Positions 10,980-22,038 are shown, numbered from the stretch's first letter. The stretch is DNA of 64,000 bases from an uncultured Chloroflexia bacterium (GCA_963726245.1 CAVSBT010000030.1:37480-101479); one strand, 5' to 3'. The notes: a model not told the origin generated them from the sequence alone. Translations and numbers: made by a program.

Positions 10980-11931
10980 AGATCTGGCTCGGGTTCGCAG
11001 CCATCAGGCCGTCGATGGCCGCGGGTATGAGGAGAAAGCCGAGCACCAGCACGCCCTGGCCACCGGTCACCGCCAGCAGAGAGCCCGGCCCCCTCGCGCC
11101 TGATGTGACGGCCAGGATCACCAGCACGCTACTCACCAACGTGACCAGTCTTGCTGTTCGGGACTGGGCACGCACGATGGTCGCCCCCGCCAGGGCCATG
11201 CCCAGACACGCGCCGCCCAGCGAGGCGTCGTAGCCAGCCGCCTGCGACCAGTCGGGCCCGACAATGCCTCCGGCGTGATGCACGGCGGCCAGCCACATCG
11301 TCACAGCCGGGAGCGGTGAGAGCATCACGGAGGCCAGGACCCAGTCGCGCCGCACCACCACCACGGTGCACCAGCACAAGACCAGCACCGCCAGCGGGTA
11401 GTACACGACCGCGCCGGATACGCCCAGCAGGACGATCGGGTTCTTCGTGCCTCCTGCCACGTCAGACGCATGGCTCCGAAGGATCAAGAAGGCCAGGTAG
11501 CCACACACGACTAGCATGGCCATCGCAATGCCCGCCCAGGTGTAGAACCACGATGGCTTGCCGTGCCATGAGGCGCCCAGGGTGACCACCACTACGACCG
11601 CGCCAAACGCTGCCAGCGCCGCCGGATTGTGCCACAAGTGGGTCGCGAAGAGGACGGCCGCCAGCAGGAACGGAATGGCGGCAAGAAGGGCCTCTCGCCA
11701 CGTTACCTGAGTGTGAGCTTCTTGCAGCAGCCTCGCCAGAACGCGGGGGCGCCCGAGGTGACGTCGGAGCACCTTCTCAAGAACCTCATCCCCCTGACCC
11801 TTCTGCCGCAACTCCTGCAGGCAGTCGTCGGCGTGGGTTTGCAGCTCCCTGAGAACGTCGTCAGCCGCCGCCGGCTCCAAGGAGAGGCTTCGCCGCAGCT
11901 CGTCAAAGTAGGACCCGAGTTGGGGTATCAC
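10912..11931 (-). CDS. integral membrane protein, PadR-associated
   Basis: 339-codon ORF directly downstream of the PadR gene. Soluble helical N-terminus, then multiple hydrophobic helices. No family recognised. Confidence 0.55.
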   Translation of the reverse strand: MIPQLGSYFDELRRSLSLEPAAADDVLRELQTHADDCLQELRQKGQGDEVLEKVLRRHLGRPRVLARLLQEAHTQVTWREALLAAIPFLLAAVLFATHLWHNPAALAAFGAVVVVVTLGASWHGKPSWFYTWAGIAMAMLVVCGYLAFLILRSHASDVAGGTKNPIVLLGVSGAVVYYPLAVLVLCWCTVVVVRRDWVLASVMLSPLPAVTMWLAAVHHAGGIVGPDWSQAAGYDASLGGACLGMALAGATIVRAQSRTARLVTLVSSVLVILAVTSGARGPGSLLAVTGGQGVLVLGFLLIPAAIDGLMAANPSQIFKQSPRSGGSSVGQPQSPLPSV

Positions 11932-11953
11932 AGTCTCGGGCGCTCCTTCGCCA

Positions 11954-12283
11954 CTAAGCTGGCCTGGTGATCATCCTGACAGCCGTGGCAAATCCCTGCC
12001 ACTGAACCAGTTGTTCAGCCAGCCTCCGTTGGCCCTTAGGGGTGACTGTGTAGTAGCGCCGCTCCTGCCCCGCCGTAAGCCGGCGCCATCGCCCGGAGAC
12101 ATATCCATCATGTTCCAAGCGGTGCAGTGCTGGATAGAGGGTCCCCTCGCGAAACTTGAAGTAACCCTCGCTGCGGCTATCAAGCTCCTTCATGATCTGG
12201 TAGCCATACATCGCCTCTTCTTGCAGGAGGGCGAGAAGGAGCAGGTCGGTGTTCCCCTTTAGGAGCTGAGAAATGTAACGCAT
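11954..12283 (-). CDS. PadR family transcriptional regulator
   Basis: LLLALLQEEAMYGYQIMKEL...GTLYPALHRLEHDGYV...RRYYTVTPKG. 109 codons, RBS upstream. Confidence 0.9.
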   Translation of the reverse strand: MRYISQLLKGNTDLLLLALLQEEAMYGYQIMKELDSRSEGYFKFREGTLYPALHRLEHDGYVSGRWRRLTAGQERRYYTVTPKGQRRLAEQLVQWQGFATAVRMITRPA

Positions 12284-12440
12284 GGCACCTCGTATCCCAA
12301 GGATGTCGATTACCTAGGGTCAACTTACGCCCGCCCCGTTTGCCTGTCAATGGCCTTCCAAGAGCGCCTTGACAAGAGCTAGGACCTCGATTACCGTTGT
12401 ATATTGGCAACCGAGGACACTCCCCCGAGAGACGCAACCC

Positions 12441-13492
12441 ATGTCTACCGCGACTATTGGTCTCGTCTCGCCACCGACCTTCCTGCAGCGATACCGGCAG
12501 GAGATCGACGCCGAATTGCGGGCGCTGGTCGAGGGCCGGCCGGCGGCCTTCTCTCCCCAGGTGCGCTATCAACTGGGCTGGATCGACGAGCAGGGGCAGC
12601 CCTCGGTCAGTGGGCGGTGGCAAGGCGCTGCGTCCCTCCCTCGCTGCTCCTGACATGCGACGGCCTGGGCGGCGATCATAGTCAGGCGCTTCCGCTGGCG
12701 GCCGCCATCGAGCTCGCGCACAACTTCTCCCTCGTCCACGACGACGTACAGGACGGCGACCGGGAGCGCCGCCATCATCCTACAGCCTGGGTCCTCTGGG
12801 GCGTGCCCCAAGCCATCAACCTGGGGGACGCCCTGGCCGGCCTCGCCCTGTCCGCCCTCCACAGCGCTTGCGAACGCGGCCTGTCACCCTCCCAAGCGCT
12901 CGAGGCGCGCAGCATCCTGGCAAAGGCCTGCCTGGAGTTGATCGAAGGCCAGCAGATGGACCTCTCGCTCGAAGAAGAGAGGAGGGTCTCCCTCCCTGAC
13001 TACCTCATGATGGCGGAGAGGAAGACCGGCGCCCTCATGGGCGCCTCCCTGGAGCTGGGAGCTCTGGTCGCGGGAGGCGCGGGCGCGCAGCTTGCGGCCT
13101 GCCGTCAGGCCGGGCGCAGCCTCGGCCTCGCCTTCCAGGTTCGCGACGACTGCCTCGCTATCTGGAGCGACCGCTCTGAGACGGGCAAGGACGCCGGCGG
13201 CGACATCCTGCGCAAGAAGAAGTCACTGCCCGTCGTGTTCGGCCTTTCTCAGACAGGGGCTCTCGCCGCAGAGCTCGGCCGCATCTACAGACGAAACGCC
13301 CTCTCGCCGGAGGACGTGGAGCACGTCCGCTGTCTCCTCACCGAAGCGGGGGCGCTCACCTTCGCCCGCCGTCTCGCTGACGAGCTTGGCCAGACAGCGC
13401 TCCTCCAGCTACAGAGCGTGGGGCTGGCGCCCTGGGCGCAGGAGGAGCTCCGCCTGCTGGTCGACTACCTGATCCAAGATTTGAAACGATGA
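12441..13492 (+). CDS. polyprenyl (farnesyl/geranylgeranyl) diphosphate synthase; two close frame breaks (~12610 and ~12640)
   Basis: Starts at ATG 12441 (MSTATIG...) in the frame of ORF 12369. A short stretch GGKALRPSL is in the frame of ORF 12397. The rest is in ORF 12404 and carries both Asp-rich motifs (LVHDDVQDGD and FQVRDDCLAI). Confidence 0.85.
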
Positions 13493-13587
13493 ACGACATC
13501 CGGCAACGGCATGAGTAGGGGCGACCCCCGTGGTCGCCCGGCGGCCTAGGGCAGGCACGGGGGCCTGCCCCTACAGAGGGGATCGAG

Positions 13588-14469
13588 ATGCGGATCGAGC
13601 TGGCGACGCCCTTCGGGTTCTGCTTCGGGGTCAGGCGGGCCATCCAGATGGTCGAGCAGGCGGTCGCGGACAGTGGGGAGATCTCCAGCTTGGGATCCAT
13701 CGTCCACAACCCGAAGGTCGTCGGGCGCCTCGGCGAGCGGGGCGTACGCGTGGTGCAGCACTTCGATGATGTGGCGGGCACGGTGGCCTTCACCGCTCAT
13801 GGCGCCGGACCCGCGACCTATGAGGAGGCGGCGAAGCGGAGCCTGGCGGTGGTCGATACGACCTGCCCCATCGTGGCCAAGGCGCAGCGTGCGGCCACGC
13901 GGCTCACCAGAGCCGGCTTCCGCGTCATCATCTATGGCGATGAGATGCATCCTGAAGTCCGAGGAGTGCTGGCCTGGACCAGAGGAAAGGGGGTGGCCAT
14001 TCTGGATCCTCAAATGGAGATCGATATCCCGGGTCGCAAGGTGGCGCTGCTTTCGCAGACCACCAAGAGTCAGCAGGCCTTCGCCAGCTTTGTGGGCGAG
14101 TTCTTGGCCGCCAACATCGGCCGCATCAACGAGGTCCGCATCGTCAACACCACCTGCCCGGAGACGGAGGATCGCTATGAGGCTGCCCGTCGCCTGGCGA
14201 TGAACGCGGACCTGATGATCGTCGTAGGCGGAAAGAACAGCGCCAACACCTGCAAGCTGGCGGACACCTGCGCAGCAGCCGGCGCCAAGACCTACCACGT
14301 CGAGTCAGCCGAGGACATCGACCCCGCGTGGATCGAAGGCCGCGAGGTCGTGGGGGTGACGGCCGGCGCTTCTACGCCTGACGAGTGCGTGGATGAGGTC
14401 ATCACACACCTCAGGCAGCTCGACCGGCGGCGGAACGGGAGGGCGACTCGTGCTCGAACCGGCCGCTAA
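13588..14469 (+). CDS. ispH: 4-hydroxy-3-methylbut-2-enyl diphosphate reductase
   Basis: MRIELATPFGFCFGV, TTCPIV and NTTCPET supply the three cluster cysteines. VVGGKNSANT. 293 codons. Confidence 0.93.
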   Translation: MRIELATPFGFCFGVRRAIQMVEQAVADSGEISSLGSIVHNPKVVGRLGERGVRVVQHFDDVAGTVAFTAHGAGPATYEEAAKRSLAVVDTTCPIVAKAQRAATRLTRAGFRVIIYGDEMHPEVRGVLAWTRGKGVAILDPQMEIDIPGRKVALLSQTTKSQQAFASFVGEFLAANIGRINEVRIVNTTCPETEDRYEAARRLAMNADLMIVVGGKNSANTCKLADTCAAAGAKTYHVESAEDIDPAWIEGREVVGVTAGASTPDECVDEVITHLRQLDRRRNGRATRARTGR

Positions 14470-14995
14470 CCCCAGCAACGACCGCCGTCGCAACGGCGGC
14501 GCCTTCCGCCAGGCGACCCTGGAGACACCCGTTCTCCGCGAAGGCACGCGCCCCTTCTGCCTGACGGCCACCCTGCACATCCATACCGGCGACGGCCCTC
14601 ACTTCATCGACATCACCGACCAGGTGGAGGAGTTGCTGCAGCGCTCCGGCATGCGCACCGGGTTCGCGGTTGTCTTCTCCCGCCACACAACGGCCGCCAT
14701 CCGCATCAATGAGAGCGAGCCCCTGTTGCTGCGCGACATGGAGCTCCTGCTGGAACGTGTGGCGCCGCGGGACAGCTACTACCACCACAACGACCTCACG
14801 ACCCGCACCGTCAACCTGACGGAAGAAGAGGACATCAACGGCCACGCCCACTGCCGCCACCTCCTCATGGGGTCAAGCGAGGCGATCCCCGTGGTCGACG
14901 GCCGGCTCCACTTCGGTCGCTGGCAGCGCCTCTTCCTGGTAGAGCTGGACCGCCCACGGGACCGCGAAGTGGTGGTCCAGTTCGTGGGGGCCTAG
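14450..14995 (+). CDS. YjbQ/UPF0047 family (secondary thiamine-phosphate synthase-like)
   Basis: GTG 14450 after GGGAGGG. FIDITDQV...VFSRHTTAAIRINE...INGHAHCRHLLMGSS...GRWQRLFLVELD. Confidence 0.8.
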   Translation: MLEPAANPSNDRRRNGGAFRQATLETPVLREGTRPFCLTATLHIHTGDGPHFIDITDQVEELLQRSGMRTGFAVVFSRHTTAAIRINESEPLLLRDMELLLERVAPRDSYYHHNDLTTRTVNLTEEEDINGHAHCRHLLMGSSEAIPVVDGRLHFGRWQRLFLVELDRPRDREVVVQFVGA

Positions 14996-14999
14996 CAGG

Positions 15000-16985
15000 G
15001 TGCTGAAGAAGCCGCCGCTCGCCCTTCGACACGCTCAGGACGAGCGGCTCCTGGATTCCGCTCGTGGTGACGCGGCGGCCGACAGCGCCGTCGCCCTCGA
15101 TCACGCCATCGAGCGCGCCCAGGACTACTTGCTCCACCACCAGCACGCCGAAGGCTACTGGTGGGGCGAGCTGGAGTCGAACGTCACCATGGCCGCCGAG
15201 TACCTGCTCCTGACGCACTTCCTGGGGACAGGCGATCCGGAGCGCTGGCGGAAGCTCGCGGCCTATATGCGCCAGCACCAGCGCCCCGACGGCGCCTGGA
15301 GCGTCTGGTACGCGGGCCCTCCCGACCTCAATTGCACCGTCGAGGCCTACTTCGCCCTCAAGCTGGCCGGCGACGGGCCCGACGAGCCCCACATGCGCCG
15401 GGCCCGCGAGTTCGTTCTCTCCCAGGGCGGCATCGCCCGCAGCCGCGTCTTCACCCGCATCTGGCTCGCCCTCTTCGGCCAGTATGACTGGCGGGCCCTG
15501 CCGGTCATGCCGCCGGAGCTCATGCTCCTGCCCAACTGGTTTCCGCTCAACATCTACGCCTTCGGTAGCTGGGCCCGCGCCACCATCGTCGCCCTTCTCG
15601 TGGTGATGACGCTGAAGCCGGTCTGCCCGCTGCCCCCCGGCGCCGGCGTCGACGAGCTCTACTGCGACCCGGCCGATCGTCGCCGGGCCGCCGTCCGCGC
15701 CGGCCGCCGCCCGTCCGCCTGGCGCAGCTTCTTCCTGGCTGCCGATCGGGCGCTCCACGTCCTGGAGCGCTGGCCCTGGAAGCCTCTGCGGGGCATGGCG
15801 CTGAGACGGGCGGAGCGCTGGATCGTGGAGCACCAGGAGGCCGATGGAAGCTGGGCCGGCATCCAGCCGCCCTGGGTCTACTCCCTCATGGCCCTCCACT
15901 GCCTGGGCTATGGGCTCGACCACCCGGTCATGGCGCGAGGCCTCAAGGGGTGGGAGGGCTTCTCCCTGGAGGACGACGAGACCTTCCACGTCCAGCCGTG
16001 CATCTCGCCTGTGTGGGACACAGCCCTGGCCGTCATCGCCCTTCGCGACGCGGGCCTTCCGCCGGACCACCCGGCTCTCCTCCAGGCGGGCCGCTGGCTG
16101 CTGGAGCGCCAGATCCTGGCGGGCGGCGACTGGCAGGTGAAGAGCCCAACGACGCCGCCCGGCGGCTGGCCCTTCGAGTTCGCCAACGACCGCTACCCGG
16201 ACATCGACGACACGGCGGTGGTGATGATGGCGCTGCGTGGCCTGCCGCTGCCCGGAGCAGGACGCCCTAAAGGGAGCCCTGGACCGCGGCCTGGGCTGGC
16301 TGCTGGGCATGCAGAGTCGCAACGGCGGTTGGGCCTCCTTCGACAAGGACAACACGCGGCGCTTCGTCACCCAGATCCCGTTCTGCGACTTCGGTGAGGT
16401 CATCGACCCGCCGAGCGAGGACGTCACCGCCCATGTCGTCGAGCTGCTGGGCGCCTGGGGCTTCGACGCCAGGAGCCCGCCCTCCAGCGGGCCCTCGCCT
16501 ACCTGTGGTCGACCCAGGACCCGGAGGGCGCCTGGTTCGGGCGCTGGGGCGTCAACTACGTCTACGGCGCCGGCGCCGTGCTGCCCGCCCTGGCCGCGAC
16601 GGGCCACGACATGGGCGATGAGAGGGTGCGCAGGGCTGTGCGCTGGCTGGAAGCGCACCAGAACAGCGATGGCGGCTGGGGCGAGGCCTGCGAATCGTAC
16701 TTGGACGAGACCATGCGCGGCCGCGGTCCCAGCACCGCCTCCCAGACCGCCTGGGCGCTGCTCGCCCTGCTGGCGGCGGGCGAAGAGGCCGGCGAGGCCG
16801 CCCGGCGCGGCGTCGACTACCTGGTCCGCACTCAGGCCGAGGACGGCTCGTGGGAGGAGCCTCACTTCACCGGCACCGGCTTCCCCGCCGACTTCATGCT
16901 CAAGTACCACATGTACCGCGTCTACTTCCCCCTCATGGCCCTGGGGCGCTACCGGCGTCTCAGAGCGAGCGCACCCGCCCGATGA
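15000..16985 (+). CDS. shc: squalene-hopene cyclase; two frame breaks (16251-16253 and ~16475)
   Basis: DIDDTAVVMMAL (DxDD motif), QW-type repeats (GGWASFD, DGGWGE, DGSWEE), GRWGVNYVYG. Frame 0 up to about 16250, frame +1 to about 16475, then back to frame 0 (ORFs 15000..16397, 16237..17064, 16578..16985). Confidence 0.92.
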
Positions 16986-17039
16986 TCGAGCCCGCGTCGG
17001 CCGACCTGCTGGCGAGCGAGCGCCCTCCTGCACCCGGAG

Positions 17040-17913
17040 GTGGCCGCCCAGGCGGAAGGCATGAGCGCCGCCGAGGCCTTCGAGTACTGCCGCCGGTACG
17101 CCTCCTCGCACTATGAGAACTTCACGGTCGTCTCCTGGTTCCTGCCGCGACGCCTGCGCCCTCATTTCTTCGCCCTCTACGCCTACTGCCGCTTCGTCGA
17201 CGACCTGGGTGACGAGGCGACCGGCGACCGCCTGGCGCTCCTCGACGAATGGGAGGCGGCGCTCCGCCGCTGCTACGAGGGCCGGCCGCAGCACCCCATC
17301 CTGGTGGCGCTGGCCGAGACGGTGCGGCGAGCACGCCGTCCCCATCGAGCCCTTCCTGCGCCTCATCGAGGCCAACCGCATGGACCAGCGCATCCATCGC
17401 TACGCCACCTACGACGACCTCCTGCGCTACTGCCAGCACTCCGCGAACCCGGTGGGCCGCCTGGTCCTTCACCTCATGGGCTACACCGACGAGGAGCGCC
17501 GCCGCCTCTCGGACTGCACCTGCACCGCCCTCCAGCTCACCAACTTCTGGCAGGACGTGGCACGGGACCTCGAGAAGGGACGCATCTACATCCCGCTGGA
17601 GGACATGGCCCGATGCGGCTACCCGGAGGAGCGGCTCCTGACGCGGGTGGTCAATGATGCGTTCCGCCGCCTGATGGCCCTGGAGGTGGAGCGCGCCCGG
17701 CGCCTCTTCGAGGAAGGGCGCCGCCTCGAAGACCTGGTGGACCGGCGGTTCCAGGTCGACCTGCGGCTCTTCCGCCTGGGAGGCGAACGCATTCTGCGGG
17801 CCATCGAGAGACAGGGCTACGATGTGCTTCACCGCCGGCCCTCGCTGTCGAAGGGTGAAAAGCTATGGCTCATGTTGACTACGGTCGCACGACAGGCTCT
17901 GCCGCTGCGGTAG
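17040..17913 (+). CDS. hpnC: squalene synthase HpnC (hydroxysqualene synthase); frame break in CCCC run 17340-17343
   Basis: SHYENFTVVSWFLP...LYAYCRFVDDLGDE in ORF 17040, then PIEPFLRLIEANRMDQ...QLTNFWQDVARD in ORF 17113. Deleting one C restores the frame. Confidence 0.85.
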
Positions 17914-18809
17914 GCGTCCCTTCCTCCGGCCCCGTAGCCTCACCCGCGGAGGTGGAACGCGCCTATCGATCCTGCCAGGACTACACCAGGAGCCGCGCCA
18001 AGAACTTCTACTACGCCTTCGCCGCGCTGCCGCCCGCTAAGCGGAGGGCCATCTATGCCGCCTACGCCTTCGCCGGGCAGGTGGACGACGTAACCGACGG
18101 CGACGCGTCTCTGGAAGCCAAGACGTGCGAGCTGGCTGAGTACAGGCGGCGTCTGGACGGCTGCTACCACGGACACCGCCAGGAGCCCTTGTTCGTCGCC
18201 CTCGGTAACGCGGCCGACCGCTTCTCCCTACCACGCGAGCACTTCGAGGAGCTGGTCAACGGTGTGGAGATGGACCTCACCACCTACCGCTACCGCACCT
18301 TCGACGAGCTCCGCCCGTACTGCTATCGCGTAGCCTCCGTGGTCGGGCTCATCTGCATCCAGGTCTTCGGCCACCGGCCGCACCCGCGGGCCAGGGAGTT
18401 CGCGACGGACATGGGCATCGCCCTGCAGCTCACCAACATCATGCGTGACGTGAGAGAAGATGCGGAGCGCGGCCGCATCTACCTGCCTTTGGATGAGCTG
18501 GACCGCTTCGGCTACAGCGAAGCGCAGCTCCTGAGAGGCGACTACAACGAGGCCTTCCGCCGGCTCATGGCCTTCCAGGCGGGGCGCGCCCGTGGCCACT
18601 TCGCGAGCGGGCGGCTGCTGCTGCCTCTGCTCTCGATGCGCTCCCGCGTCTGCATCAACGTGCTCCAGGGGGTTTACTTCGAGATCCTCCGTCGCATCGA
18701 AGAGCGGCGGTACGACGTGTTCTCGGAGCGGGTCAGCTTCTCGGATCGCGAGAAGCTGACGCTGATTGGGAAGCTATGGTTGCAGGCCTTGAGGCCCCGC
18801 GCGGCATAG
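17865..18809 (+). CDS. hpnD: presqualene diphosphate synthase HpnD
   Basis: AKNFYYAFAALPPAKRRAIYAAYAFAGQVDDVTDG...ALQLTNIMRDVRED. Intact 314-codon ORF. Confidence 0.85.
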   Translation: MAHVDYGRTTGSAAAVGVPSSGPVASPAEVERAYRSCQDYTRSRAKNFYYAFAALPPAKRRAIYAAYAFAGQVDDVTDGDASLEAKTCELAEYRRRLDGCYHGHRQEPLFVALGNAADRFSLPREHFEELVNGVEMDLTTYRYRTFDELRPYCYRVASVVGLICIQVFGHRPHPRAREFATDMGIALQLTNIMRDVREDAERGRIYLPLDELDRFGYSEAQLLRGDYNEAFRRLMAFQAGRARGHFASGRLLLPLLSMRSRVCINVLQGVYFEILRRIEERRYDVFSERVSFSDREKLTLIGKLWLQALRPRAA

Positions 18810-20185
18810 GCCGCCGGGTCGCGATAGTCGGGGCGGGCCTGGCCGGTCTCGCCGCCGCCTGTGAGCTGGCGGAGCGCGGCTTCGCCGTCACGCTGTTGGA
18901 GAGACGGCCCTTCGCGGGCGGCAAGACCTACTCGTTCGTCCATCCCGCCAACGGAGTCGAGGTGGACAACGGCCAGCACGTTGTCCTCAACTGCTGCACC
19001 GCCTACGGCGATTTTCTCCGTCGCCTGGGGCAGTCTGAGGCCATCCGTCGCCAGCGCCGCCTCGACGTGGTGGTTATTTCTAGAGGGCGGGCGGCCCGCC
19101 TAGCCGCCCGAGCCCTGGCCGGCGCCGTTCCATCTCCTGTCCTCGCTTGCCGGCTACCGGCATCTGAGCCCGCGTCAGCGGCTGCGGGCCGTCCGGGGAG
19201 CGCTGCACATGCTGCGTACCGACGAGAGGACGCCCGGCCTGGACGACGAACCCTTCGCCGCCTGGCTCCTCCGCCATGGCCAGACCCCAGAGGTGATGCA
19301 GCGGCTATGGGACGTCATCGTAGTCGCCACGCTGAACGGGCGCTGTGAGGAGGTGAGCGCGGCCGCCGCCCTCATGGTGCTGAGGACCGGCTTCCTGCGT
19401 TCGGCCACCGGCGGCGGCATCGGCGTGCCCCGCGTCGCACTCTCTGCTCTGCACGTCGAGCCAGCCCTCCGCTACCTCCGGCAGCGCGGTGCCCAGGTCC
19501 TGACCCACGCCGCCGTTCGGGCGGTCCACGTCGAGGATGGCGCCGTGGTTGGGCTGTCGCTGGCGGACGGCGCCGCCATCGAAGCCGACGCCTACGTATT
19601 GGCGACGCCGCCCTCCGCCACGCGTCGACCTCCTGCCTCAGCCCTGGCGCGAGCACCCCCTCTTCGAGTCCATCGGACGAATACGCAGCGCGCCCATCGT
19701 CAACGTCCACCTGTGGTACGAAAGGCCCGTGATGGACCTCCCATTCGCCGCCTTCCTTGACGAAGACCTCCAGTGGGCCTTCAACACCTCCCTGCTGCGC
19801 GGCGAGAAGTCTGCCGGTCATCACCTGACCCTGTCTCTCAGCGCGGCCCAACGCTACATGGGCCTGGAGAAGAGGGAGATCGTCGAGAGGCTCACCGCCG
19901 CCCTCGGCCGCGTCTTCCCTGCCGCCCGTGGGAACGAGGTCGTACAGGCGGCGGTCATCAAGGAGCCAGAGGCGACCTTCCTAGCCGGAGCCCGGAGCGG
20001 GCCGGCGGAGACCGGGGCCCGTAACGCCCATCGCCGGCCTCTTCCTGGCCGGCGCCTGGACCGATACGGGCTGGCCCGCCACCATGGAGAGCGCCGTCCG
20101 CAGCGGCATGGCATGCGCCCAGGCCGTCGGCGAGCGGCTCAGCGCCGCCGGCCGGCCGGTTCGGGTGGCGGCTGCCGCCGTCTAG
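18776..20185 (+). CDS. hpnE: hydroxysqualene dehydroxylase HpnE (FAD amine-oxidase fold); three frame breaks (~19110, ~19620, ~19990)
   Basis: Dinucleotide motif VAIVGAGLAGLAAACELAERG. LPAPFHLLSSLAGYRHLSPRQRL in the frame of ORF 19209. IVNVHLWYERPV in the frame of ORF 19537. C-terminus LFLAGAWTDTGWPATMESAVRSG in a further frame, ending at TAG 20183-20185. Confidence 0.8.
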
Positions 20186-20199
20186 ATAGGGAGATTGGC

Positions 20200-21214
20200 A
20201 TGCCGGTGCCCCTGGCTCAAAGCGCCGCGCTCGGCGCCTACCTGGTGAAGAAGCGCCTGGCCGGACAGAAGCGGTTTCCCCTGGTCCTGATGCTGGAGCC
20301 TCTCTACCGCTGCAACCTGGCCTGCGCCGGCTGCGGCAAGATCCAGCACCCGGAGCCCGTACTGAACACCATGCTCTCGCCGGAGGAGTGCTTGCGGGCG
20401 GCCGAGGAGTGCGGCGCGCCCGTGGTCTCGATCGCCGGCGGCGAGCCGCTCATCCACCCGCAGATCGATGAGATCGTCGCCGGCCTGGTGGGACGGAAGC
20501 GCTTCGTGTACCTCTGCACCAACGCCCTTCTTCTGGAGCGCTCGTTGCCGAAACTGAAGCCGTCTTCTTACCTGACCGTCGGCGTGCACCTGGACGGACC
20601 CCGCGAGCTGCACGACGCCATGGTCCGCCGAGACGGCGTCTTCGACAAGGCGGTGCGCGCCATTCGCGCCGCCAAAGAGGCCGGCCTGCGGGTGAGCACC
20701 AACACCACCATCTACACCCACAGCTCGCCGGAGCAGATAGCGACGTTCTTCAACTTCCTGATGGGCCTGGGCGTGGACGGCCTCATGCTCTCGCCCGCCT
20801 ACGACTACCCGGAGGCGGCAGATCAGTCCGCCTTCCTGACGCGCCATCAGATGGTCGAGACGTTTCAACGGATCTTCGCTCAACAAGACCACGGCCGCTG
20901 GCGCTTTGAGCACACGCCCCTCTTCCTGGAGTTCTTGCAGGGGAAGCAGTCCCTCCAGTGCACCGCCTGGGGGAATCCCACCCGCAGCGTCCTGGGCTGG
21001 CAGCGCCCCTGCTACCTGATCGCCGACGGCTACGCCAGCCAGCTTCGAAGAACTGATGGAGGACACAGAGTGGGAGCGCTACGGCCGCGGCCGCGACCCG
21101 CGCTGCGCCAACTGCATGATGCACTGCGGCTACGAGCCCTCGGCGGTGCGGGCTACGTCCTCCAGCCTCCCGAAGATGGTCCGCGCTGCCCGCTTCGCGC
21201 TGACCGGGAGGTGA
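20200..21214 (+). CDS. hpnH: adenosyl-hopene transferase HpnH (radical SAM); frame break ~21042
   Basis: ATG 20200 after GGGAG. CNLACAGCG radical-SAM motif. After ...LIADGYAS the conserved tail SFEELMEDTEWERYGRGRDPRCANCMMHCGYEPSAV is read in the +1 frame, to TGA 21212-21214. Confidence 0.88.
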
Positions 21215-21232
21215 GCGACGCGCGAGCAGCCG

Positions 21233-22026
21233 GTGTCGCTGGCGATCCTGGCGGCTCTTCCCGCCGAGGCGCGGGCTTTGCGCCGCGCCCTCTCCCAGGT
21301 TGCGCCTTCAGCCAGCGACGCCGGCGTCTTCGAGGGCCGCATCGCCGGGCAGCGGGTGGTGGTGGGCGCCGGCGGTGTGGGCCGGGCTCCCACCGAGGCG
21401 ATGGCCCGCTTTACTGCTCCGAGACCTATCGCCCGCGGGTCATGCTCGTCGCCGGCGTGGCGGGGGCGCTGGACCCCGCCCTCGACAGGGGCCAGACAGT
21501 CGTCTCGCCGCGAGTGCGTCACCTCGAAGGTCCCCATCACGAGGACCATGGTGGCGAAGTCGATGACATACGCTGCGATGAGGGCCTCGTCCAGACCGCC
21601 TTGCAGGCGCTGCGCAAGGCCGGCGTCGCCTGTGCCCTCTCCGACTGCGCGACCGTAGACGTGGCACTTACCACCGTTCGCGAGAAGGCCGAGGCCTGGG
21701 ACCGTCTCGGCGCCGGCATCGTCGACATGGAGGCCTACTGGGCCGGCCTGGCGGCTCGCGAGCACGGGGTGCCGTTCCTGGCCGTTCGCGTTGTCCTGGA
21801 CCTGGCGAGCGAGCGCCTTCCCGCCTTCACCCGCGAGTGGCGCGGCCCCAGGGACTCCCCAAGGCTGGTCCGGCGCTGGCTGCTCCGGCCCTGGGAGGTG
21901 GTCGAGGCTCTGGTGCTCCGACGCCGCCTGGCGCAGGCGCTGCGGGCGCTCGAGCTGGCAATCGCGGCCCTCGCGCCCGCGCTGGCCTCAGCCCGCGCAG
22001 GCGAGGAAAGCGAGGCGAAACTCTAA
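21233..22026 (+). CDS. hpnG: hopanoid-associated nucleoside phosphorylase (HpnG-like); frame break ~21410
   Basis: N-terminus MSLAILAALPAEARAL...VVVGAGGVG (ORF 21233). Remainder VMLVAGVAGALDP...GAGIVDMEAYWA...PFLAVRVVLD in the frame of ORF 19537..22026. Position directly after hpnH. Confidence 0.72.
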
Positions 22027-22038
22027 CTAGAGACTGCG

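Noticed and set aside
12369-12405. TTGACA (12369) and TATATT (12400) as a sigma70-like promoter for the prenyl synthase gene
   Set aside because: The spacing between the hexamers is about 25 nt, far from the 16-18 nt optimum. It is not supportable from sequence alone.
14865-17393. 842-aa minus-strand ORF
   Set aside because: It is antisense to shc and hpnC. It is an Arg/Gly/Ala-rich shadow ORF typical of high-GC DNA, with no recognisable motifs.
12441-22026. Interpretation that the hopanoid pathway is a decaying pseudogene cluster
   Set aside because: The same density of single-base breaks is seen in the Pho, cell-wall and transport genes, and several breaks sit in C runs. Uniform technical error is the more economical explanation pending read-level evidence.
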